This document shows positions 54,276-64,000 of a DNA stretch of 64,000 nucleotides, piece by piece. The notes under the pieces are model-generated. The model did not search any database and had not been told where the DNA came from. It worked only from the letters and a program-made list of their open reading frames with translations. Made by a program: the position numbers and the translations under genes. The stretch comes from the human T2T-CHM13v2.0 reference genome, Homo sapiens: assembly GCF_009914755.1 (NCBI RefSeq), contig NC_060937.1. One strand, given 5' to 3'. Position 1 is the stretch's first letter. Every line of letters starts with the position of its first letter.

Positions 54276-54447
54276 TTTTCATTAGAGATATATAACAATA
54301 TGAGGATCTCTAGGCTATTCCTCTATTGTACAAATTCACTAGTTGTCACAGAATATGTCACAGATAGCCTGAAATCTTTCTAATTGTCTTAATGAATATG
54401 TGGGCTGGCAAAAAAAAAAATCTCTCTTTCATTTTGTCTCTCTGTCT

Positions 54448-54483
54448 ACACACACACGCGCGCGCTGACACACACACACACAC
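54448..54483. repeat. Compound (CA)n(CG)n(CA)n microsatellite
   Basis: acacacacacgcgcgcgctgacacacacacacacac. Confidence 0.9.
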
Positions 54484-55533
54484 CTATACCAATAGTAAAT
54501 GCAAAGGGTTTATATTTAGTTATTTTGCTTGAATGTATATTTTGTTGAACTTTCACCAGAAAGATAAGATGACATTGAACACCTATTTACGTATTAAACT
54601 GCTTTTTCTATCACTATTTTCCAAAGCAGAGATTTAAGCACAAAAATAGAAATTTAACTTTTTTAATTATGAGGATAATTCATATGGGAATTAATCAAAA
54701 GAACTTGGAGCTGAGTCTCACGTGTTTAAATGTTGTCTGGTAACAAAGTCCCAGGTTCTGGGAAGGTGAAATGTCAGCTACATATTCCTTCTTTGGTAAG
54801 TGGCAGATTTAATATCATTACTTTTTGCCTATATAACATTAATTTCAAATTATCATTAAATATTATTTTAAATCCTAAAGTTAATCAATATTAAATCATG
54901 ACATTGAAAAATTATTGGCTAAACGTAGTATAAATAAAATGTTTCTCTTGATTTATTCTATTTTAATAAGTGCTGTTACTGCAGAACACAAAATAGAGAC
55001 TTTGGTACCTTACATGTTTGATTCAGTATAAGAATTTAGGTTTTTGAGTGAATCTAAATAATTCTACCTTTACATCAATATACTCTAATTGAGATACATT
55101 TTAATTGTTAAAAAAAGGTATATGTTATCAAATGGTTCTGGGAGTGCCTGGATAATTTGAAAATCATATGAATGTATTAAAAAAATTTACTTGAATTTTC
55201 AGAAAATGTGTAAAAGGTGTAATACCTGATGTATTTCCAGTTTGAAATTTTGTTATCTTACTGTATTTTATATTGATATGTTATGTTTATTTTATAATTT
55301 CCTTAATTCTTTTGAAATTTAAAATGTGCACAGTTGTGAGGAAATGGATATTTTGTTTTACCGAAGGCTCATGAGAAATTGGGATTCTGTATTACATATA
55401 ATTAATGTAAGGGTGCTCATTTCATATATATTAAGACGAGACTGAATATCAACCCGTAAGTCAAAATATAAGCATCTCCTAAGATTATAAATAACTTAAA
55501 AATGTTATCAGCATTTATTTAAGATCAAAATCA

Positions 55534-55832
<299 letters not shown>

Positions 55833-56179
55833 TCAGAGATATATATTTAAATGGGAAAATATTTTTTATCTATCTTAAAACCTTATCAACTCAGGCAGGA
55901 GCTGGGGATGTATTTCAATTGTATAGAAAAAAACAGTAAGTATTATATACAACTTGAATTTAGGAAGTGCTCTATGAAGACTTTCCCCTCCAGAAGTTAT
56001 GGAATCCTTGACACTATAATATAAAGAGTTTTACTCATTTCATCGGAATTACCAACAAGATGGTGAATTTCAACCTAAATATCTGTCAGTAGAAAACACT
56101 AGTTGAATAAATCAGGCCTCAGTGATCTGACACCTTAATAATTGTCTGTGTGAATGATAGGCTGCTGTTCAAAAGACAG

Positions 56180-56680
56180 TGGGTTTGCAAATTTTTTTCC
56201 TGAATCTGTTGGCTGCGTTTTCTTGTTTACTTTTGCTTTTGTTGCCTGTGTTTTTGGTGAAACATCCAAAAAATTCTTTCCAAGTCATGCCAAGTAAAAT
56301 AATCCGCAGAATGAAAAATACCGCATGATCTCACTTATATGTCAAATCTAAAATAAAACAAAGCAAAACTCAAATGTATAGAAACAGGATAGAAATGTGG
56401 TTATCAGAGGTGGAAGAGGTGGGAGTGGGGTCAAAGAAAGGAGACGGAAGTCAAGGGTCTAAAGTTTCAGTTATGCAGAATGAATGTCTAGAAATATACT
56501 GCATGAAAACTATTGTACAGTATATAGGAAATTTGATAAAAGTAGATTTTAGGTACTGTTCCTACACAAGAATATAACAATTGGAGATTGTATATATGTT
56601 AATTTTATTCACTGTAGTAATATTTTCCCTACATATAGTATATAAAAACATCATATTCTACATTAAATAATACAAAAAAG
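56180..56680 (+). mobile_element. L1MA 3'UTR (56290-56680, +) preceded by an antisense ORF2 piece (56180-56288)
   Basis: ttttgcttttgttgcctgtgtttttggtg (antisense ORF2); ccgcatgatctcacttatatgtcaaatctaaa...agtagattttaggtactgtt (3'UTR). Confidence 0.78.
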
Positions 56681-57983
56681 AATGAAGACCTCTTTGATTT
56701 AAATAGACAACAGCCATGCCAGTATATGATGTTTTAAACCCTGGATGTTAACACAGAGAAGTAAATAGAGGTTATATTACTTTAAAAAAACAAAACAAAA
56801 ACACACAAAAGAGCAATAGGGATTAGACCACAAAATATTTCTATGGGAAGGCCAATGATAGTTTCAGCTTCTATTATAGCTTTTTCCTTTAACCCTTAGA
56901 AGATACATCGCTGTTATGTTAAAGACTCATTTTTATTCTAAATACCTTTATAGAGTAAGTGTGGGTTGCCAGGACTACATGAAAATATACTGTGAGTCTG
57001 TTCTTTATGTTAGTTGGGACAATGTAAAAAAAGTTCTAGTGAATAATTTGCCTCATACCAAGTTGTGTGTGATATTCTCTTGATCATATCCATGGCTGTT
57101 TGACGACACCATCTTTTTGGCATTATATATCTTAGTTCAAGATGGCTCTCTGCCTTTAAAAATAAGAAATTCATAGGCAGCAAGCCACACAGCAAAACTA
57201 TCCAACTAAATAAATGCACTTGAATACTATAGTACAATAGTTTTCATGCAGTACATGGCTAGACATGTCTACTTTTCTAGACATTTATCCTGCATAATCT
57301 AAACTTTGGCTCTTTGATTTCCATCTCTTTCTTTTCTTCAACCCCACTCCCCCCTCCTTTGATTACCACTTGAATACTGTAAGCAGGTACCATATATAAT
57401 CCTGAAATGCAGGAAACTAATACATTTTAACCTTCCTGTAGTAGTTTTAACTTAATTGCAAAGAGGGGCCACCCTGTGGAACTTATGACTGTGAAGACCA
57501 CCACAGAGTCAGGAAAAACAGTGCAGAAATGGAGAACAAATAGCCTCAGAAAAATGATAAGAACTGAAACCACTAATCTTATGACAAGAGTACTACTTAT
57601 GATATAGTTTGCTGTTGCCCAAAAGGAAGTTCCTCTTTCATTAAATATCTGTAACAGAGATATTGAGTAACTGTATTACCTGGAAAATATATAGTTCAAT
57701 AAATACAAAAGTAAAAACGTATGCACAGTGTGAGAAGGTATGATAGAAACAGACAATTCCTTGCATGTAACCAGGAAATCAGTAGTATATGAAATATATT
57801 AATATATGAAATATAGATACAACTTCTTAAAATCAGTAAGACAAATTATAATGAATTGACTAAAACATGGGCAAAGAATATAAATAAAAAAATAACAGGA
57901 TAGAAAACATGAATAATGAATGAACAGATAATGAGATTGTCAATTTTCCTAGCAATAAGATATTTAAAATTTAAATGATCATC

Positions 57984-58382
57984 TGATATAGTTTGGACAT
58001 CCCCTCCCAATCTCATGTTGAGGTGTAATCTCCAATATTGGAGGTAGGGCTGGAAGAATCATGGGGGCTGATTTTTCACGAATGGTTTAGTGCCATCTCC
58101 TTGATGTTGTCCTCATGATAGTGAGGATGTTAATGTGAGATCTGGCTGTTTAAAATTGAGTGTCATCTCCCTCTCGCTCTCTCCTGACCCCACTCTTGCC
58201 ATCCCTGCTTCACCTTCCACCATGAGTAAAGGCTCCCTGAGGCCTCCCCAGAAGCCAAGACAGATACTAGTGCTATGATTCCTGTACAGCCTGCAGAACT
58301 GTGAGCCAATTAAATGTCTTTTCTTTATAAATTACCCAGTCTCAGGTATTTCTTTATAGCAATGCAAGAACAGCCTAATACA
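57984..58382 (+). mobile_element. MSTA 5' LTR
   Basis: tgatatagtttgga...ctgcagaactgtgagccaattaaa...gcctaataca. Confidence 0.93.
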
Positions 58383-58803
58383 AAAAATTGGTACCAGAAG
58401 TGTGGTATTGCTGTAAAGAAACCTGAATGTGGAAGCAACTTTGGAACTGAGTAATGGGCAGAGAGACTTTGGAACAGTTTGGAGGTCTCAGAAGACAGAA
58501 GATGAAAGAAAGCTTGTAACTTCTTAGAGACTGGTTAAATGGTTCTTACCAAAATGCTGATAAAAATGTGTACAGTGACCTCCAGCCTGACCAGGTCCCA
58601 GATGGAAATGAGGACCCTATTGGAAACTGGAGTAAAGGTCATCCTTGTTACGCCTCAGCAAAGAACTTGGCTGCATTATGTTCATGCCCTAGGGGGATAT
58701 GTGGAAATCGAATTTAAGAGTGATGACTTAGGGCATCTGGTAGAAAAAATTTTGTTCAACAAAGCCTTCAAAAAATGACCTACCTGCTTCTAACAGCTTC
58801 TGT
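58383..58803 (+). mobile_element. MSTA internal region, truncated
   Basis: aaaattggtacc directly after the LTR; gtggaagcaactttggaactg; ends abruptly at a (TA)(CA) tract with no 3' LTR. Confidence 0.88.
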
Positions 58804-59064
58804 ATATACATATATACACACACACACACACATATATATATTCTTCTGAAACAAACATGGTAAAATGTTAAAATTGGCTAAAATAACAAATCCAGGTATT
58901 TGTTATTTTATTCACATTTTCCTATTATTTCATTAATATAAAAATTCTTATTTTTATATTTTATTTAGAAAAATACCAAAATTATGTTGGTTTCGTAAAT
59001 AATCTGATATTTATTTATATTTTTCTTCATTTCCTATTACCATTTCTTGACTACCTTCAAGGAT

Positions 59065-59230
59065 TGTTGCTAATGGGTCACATTGGTCTTCTTTCTGTGC
59101 CTGTTATATTCTGAGGGTGAGCCTCAAGGGTCTAGCACTGGCCCTTCCCTCTGTCTGATAACCTCTTCCCCAAGATTTCTTACAGATCAGGTCTTTTTTC
59201 ACTTTTGGGTGTTAGGATGACATTCCACAT
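59065..59230 (+). mobile_element. L2 fragment
   Basis: gcctcaagggtctagcactggcccttccctctgtctgataacctcttcccc. Confidence 0.6.
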
Positions 59231-59499
59231 GTTGTGAGCTTCTGTTAAGCACCATTTATTTAATTACGTTTACATAGGAACAGAGGTTCTTCTAAATCCT
59301 TCTGCCCTCTTGTGAGGTTAAGCTGAACCCAATGTCTACTGAGCTGCTGTAGCTGTTAGGGCTCAGAGACAACTACATAGAAACAAAAATGGACATAGTT
59401 GCTACACTTAGTGTACAGGACTCAATTTCCTGGGCTTTTTGAATAGACTGTTTGGCCTGTCAATTTGAACACTGTAGATGGGTAGGTTAAAGCCACCCT

Positions 59500-60000
59500 T
59501 TCTAGGGCTCTGAATTATGGAAGCAAATCACCATTGGAGACTCATTTGTGTGAGCCACTCCTGTAGATGTCCACAGGAAGGTCTTTTTATTTAGTGCGAC
59601 AACCTGAAACCAAACTGATGTATGTGCCTGATGCTATGTTTCTGAGGAGATGCTACTACAACACACCAGACTTGTAACTCATGCTAAAGTTGGACTGCAT
59701 ATCTAGATCTAGATATAATCTTCTAGAAAAAGGAACATCATATCACAAGGGGCATTGTTTTATATGGAGCCTGAAAGAATCACTAGATACTAGATTATAC
59801 CTTTAACCTCCTCTTGAGGCTATTGATAATAGCTCCTTAATGTTGACACTTTTTCAAGTGACAGATCAGTGATTCCAGCTGCACCATTGTGAGTCTTGAA
59901 TCCAATTTGTGTCATTTATTTGGCTTTCTGGAACATTTGAATTCAGGTGACAATATTACTTCTGTCACAAAACCTACCCAACAATGGCTGATAGTTGACC
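59500..60000 (+). mobile_element. Decayed class III/MaLR-type RNase H-integrase fragment
   Basis: LDY...GY...VDTFS (~59790-59857) then TIVSLESNLCHLFGFLEHLNSGDNITSVTKPTQQW (59883-59987). Confidence 0.65.
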
Positions 60001-60159
60001 CTCCCTCCCTCTCTAGTATCTTCCCTGTCCATAACAATTTGGTCATTATTCATTAAATATAGCTTTCCCATAAAGAATAATATCTTCTCAACTTTTTAGG
60101 AGTAATTATCATGATTAAAGATTGAGAGATTAAATGTGTGTGTGTGTTTGTGTGTGTGT

Positions 60160-60265
60160 ACTTTTATTTGTATTTTTTTAGTTTTTTCTTAACTTATAAT
60201 TTCAGGGGAACAAGTGCGGTTTATTACATAGGTAAACTTGTGTCACGGGGGTTTGTTGTACACTG
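60160..60265 (-). mobile_element. L1PA/PB 3' end stub
   Basis: ttcaggggaacaagtgcggtttattacataggtaaacttgtgtcacgggggtttgttgtaca. Confidence 0.85.
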
Positions 60266-60739
60266 ATACTATGATAATGTTGCATAAATAATTTTATAAC
60301 CAACAAAGAGACAAAAGAAAAGCAGTAGAATATGCAAGAAAATATGGTATATTAATATGAGTTTCCCCATACTTCAGACTAGAAAATTAACAGAAAAAAT
60401 ACATAGGAGTTTTTGGTGTTTTAAAATTTGTTGCAAGTATGTTTGATTGTATTTATGCTTCACATAGTATCAGTGTTAAAGTTTACAACATTTTATTCTC
60501 CTTGGTAGCCACTATTTTAATAGTCGATAAATCTTAATGATGTATTTAAGTGGACTAAACATTCACCAAGTATTTATTTTTATTTTTTGATTCACAAATC
60601 TGTTGATTACATTTTATGAACTATTTTTTAAGGCTGTCTCAGAATTTCTGTATTTCTAGATATTGTGAAGCATAAGATAACAATTTCATTAATCATGAAT
60701 AATGAATTTTCAAAAAAAAAATCTAGAGATGATCTTATT

Positions 60740-61065
60740 ATGCTAATGGGATTGCTCCTTAAAGAGTGAACATAATTATGGACCACAGTAAAGGAGTTGG
60801 AGATGCTGGAAGGGCCATAGCAGAAAATTAAAGAAGGAGGTGGGAAGCTTAAGAGTTAGGCATCTTGGAAAGAATTGATTATATGAGACCAGAAAATCTA
60901 CTCTCTACCTATGTTCCCCAGGAGGATCCTAAAGACACTTCCTTCATTAATGCAATAAAGAATGTCATTATATTTTAAAAATATCACCTTTGAGAAACTC
61001 AGTAGTGCCCACCATGCTATGTAAGTCATACTTGATAATACGAGAGACCACCATTGAGTTAAACT
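60740..61065 (+). mobile_element. ERVL gag fragment
   Basis: WTTVKELEMLEGP* and RPENLLSTYVPQEDPKDTSFINAIKN resemble HERV-L gag WPTVSELEMPDLPW...EGPEDTP. Confidence 0.72.
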
Positions 61066-61079
61066 AAAATAGGCATTTT

Positions 61080-62050
61080 CTAAAAAGAAATTAAAAAGAT
61101 ATTTACCATATGATCTAGAAATTTTATGTCTGGGTATATAGTCTAAAAATTGAAAGCAGGGATTAACAGATATTTTTAAATACATGTGTATAGCAGTATT
61201 ATTCACAATAACTAAAATGTGGAAGCAACCTGTGTTTATTGATGGATGAATGGACAAAATGTGATATATTCATTGATATGATTGGCTATGTCCCCACCCA
61301 AATCTCATCTTGAATTGTAGCTCCCATAATTCCCACGTGTTATTGGAAGGACCTGGTGGGAGTTAATTGAATCATGTAGGTGGGTTTTTCCCTTGCTGCT
61401 CTCATAATACTGAATAAGTATCATGAGATCTGATGGTTTTACACAGAGGAGTTCCCCTGCACAAGTTCACTCTCTTTGCCTGCTGCCATCTATGTAAGAC
61501 ATGACTTGCTCTTCCTTGCCTTCTGCCATGATTTTGAGGCCTCCCCAGTCATGTGGTACTGTAAGTCCATTAAATCTCTTTCTTTTGTAAATTGCACGGT
61601 CTTGGGTGTCTTTGTTAGCAGCATGAAAACAAACTAATACATTCATAAAATGGTATACTGTTCAACTTTCAAAAGGAAGAAAATTCTGATATATGCCACA
61701 GGACAGATGAAGCTTGAGAATGTTAGGCTACATAAAATAAGCCATTCACAAAAACACAGATACTGTCTTATTTTACTTATATGCAGTACCTAAAGTAGTC
61801 AAATTTATATTAACAGAAGGTAGAATTGTGCTTGTCAGGTGCTGGAGGGAATGGGGGATATGGAATTATTGTTTAATGGGTACAGCGCTTCAGTTTCACA
61901 AGATGGAATGTGTTTTGGAGATGAATGGTGGTGATGTTGGCACAACAATATGAATGTATTTAATCCTATTGAGCTGTAGAGTTAATATAGTTCAGATAAT
62001 AAATTTTATGCTATATTCATTTCACCACTATTAAACAGATGAAAATAAAA
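61080..62050 (+). mobile_element. L1MB 3' end split by THE1
   Basis: ttaccatatgatctag; gtggaagcaacct...gatgaatgga; attattgtttaatgggtacag...tggtggtgatgttggcacaacaat. Confidence 0.88.
61274..61641 (+). mobile_element. THE1A-like solo LTR
   Basis: tgatatgattggct...ctttcttttgtaaattgc...actaataca; perfect TSD ttcat. Confidence 0.95.
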
Positions 62051-64000
62051 AGTTTAAAATGTATTATTTGTTCATTATTTTACTATTTTAGTTGGTAACT
62101 GTTAAAAGAAATTGGGAGACAAGGATGATAATGACAAAGATCTCTTTGCATGGTAATTTCTTATATGGATAGCAATAACAGGAAATAGGACTAGACCTTT
62201 TTTATTTTTAAAATTAAATTATACAGTGAGGTTCCAATTTCAATGTTTAGAATAAATTATATTTTGTTTAAATAACAAAGCAAAAAGTATATAGTAGAAT
62301 TGAAATACAGTGTCAAAATAATGGATTTGAGTTTCTATAAGATTATTAAAAATACACCCAATTTTCTGAAATATACATATATGTCTCTATTTGATGTATG
62401 CATCATGGTGTCTAGGAATCATGAAGCTCATTTTACTTCATTGTGTAATGCATCACAATGCATTATTATTGGAATTAATTTTTCAAAACCATGGATGGCA
62501 GCAAGTAATAGTCTAAGTATTTTGGACATTTTGCTGCTGTGTACAAAGTTAAGGAAGATAACATCGAAGAACAAACGATTTGAGTAGTTTTGGCAACAAA
62601 TGTGTGAGGACAAAGTAGCATAAAGTGAATAAACTATAATATTATAGCTTATAATCCTGCCTGAAAGAGAGAAAATAAACATTAAATTGCTATTCAGCTG
62701 GTTGTCAATCTAATTTCTCTCCTGCTATGGCTTTATTTTATCAGGTATATATTTTGTATGAGATAAAAGTTTTAAATTTCTTGCACAAGGTTTTTTAATT
62801 AAAATATATTTAGATATTGAACCATCTTATTTAAAAGTACCATAAAAATAAAAATATAATTGTAGTTATATATGCCTCAAACTACAATTAATCAAGAACT
62901 ATTTAGCTAAAATTGATTTTATTTGGGTAAACATACAATCTCAGAAAACAAATAGTTATTTTTTTCTCTTTTATAACATCTAGGTGCATTTAGACAAACA
63001 ATCTTATTTAAGAAAATTGTTGGTTAAAATTAAGCTTATCATCTGGACGTGGTCCTTAAAAGTTTTCAATTCTTTCAACTTACAGTATGGTTTAAAATAA
63101 ATGTAATAATTTGAAACAAGAACTCCATAAACACATTATTACTTTAATGATGTAATAGTTTTGTATAAATTTAATATTTCTGAAAGGACTCATCTCAAAG
63201 ACAGTAGGTTTAGAAATTTTATATTTTTGTACCCTACAGTAATAAACTCTTTAACACATTTCTCACCAATGCCCTTGTTTGTGAACTCATTTCTAGAGGA
63301 GAAAGGACCTTCACCTTTCCCGTAGGACTGTTAATACCATCAAGAAGAACAAATAACTTTTACCCTTTCAGATCTCAGGGGACCACTGCTCTCTCTTTGT
63401 TTCATCAAAGGTGAGAACTGTCAGTAGGCACATTTAATCACAGGCCATATCTGGAATATCTTCTGGGACCAAAGTGAACCTAAAGCCTTACTCCAAGCTC
63501 TGAAGTAGGTTACTGGACTTTACTGGTTGGTAAAGAATTGTGACATCGGTTCTTATCAGTTCTTATTGTGGGAGTATTGAGACATAATACAATATAGTTT
63601 TAAAATAGAATAGTATAGTTTTTAAAAAGCTACATCTTCAAAGCTGAATATAACCACAAATCAATTACTCGCAGTTTAGAAACAATACTAGATTACTACT
63701 ATAGTAAAATATTTACATATGTTGTCATTTATTTATCACGATAATCAATAAAGAATATTTTTTACAAATGAGGCCAAAGAAAAATTAAAGTCAGTTTTTA
63801 GAGATAATGAACAACCTAGAACTTAAAGTCAGGTAAGCTTAAGTAGAAAATCCTTCCCTTTTCACTCTGTAGCATGGCATTCCTTATTTTCAGGATTTGG
63901 TAATAGACCTAAATGTCATTCAGAAGTTCAATTGAACACAATTAATTTAAAATATTACTTAAAATTTTCAATTTTGGTGTATTAAATAAGTTACAAATAG

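Noticed and set aside
59699-59716. 18-bp palindrome atatctagatctagatat
   Set aside because: Explained by duplication of the self-complementary hexamer tctaga

Overview
AT-rich, gene-poor primate (human-like) genomic DNA made up largely of interspersed repeats. I find no credible host protein-coding gene, RNA gene or CpG island; the long ORFs in the track come from repeats or are spurious. The main feature is a two-LTR class I (gammaretrovirus-like) provirus at 7554-15714. It has a tRNA-Arg(CCT) primer site, decayed gag/pro/pol, an internal RNase H/integrase deletion, an env closely resembling the ERVV-1/ERVV-2 (HERV-V) envelopes, and a possible remnant pre-gag ORF in its leader. Other notable structures are an L1PA8-like insertion carrying both a 3' transduction and an inverted 5'UTR fragment, an old twin-primed L1, a four-level nest (L2>MLT2>HSMAR2>THE1), an MLT2/MER6 deletion fusion, and very old ERVL-type pol/gag remnants mostly invisible in the ORF track. 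Repeat family names and protein homologies come from recalled consensus sequences, not a database search, and boundaries of old elements are approximate. I see no evidence for a new functional system; the ERV-V-like provirus and its leader ORF are the best leads.
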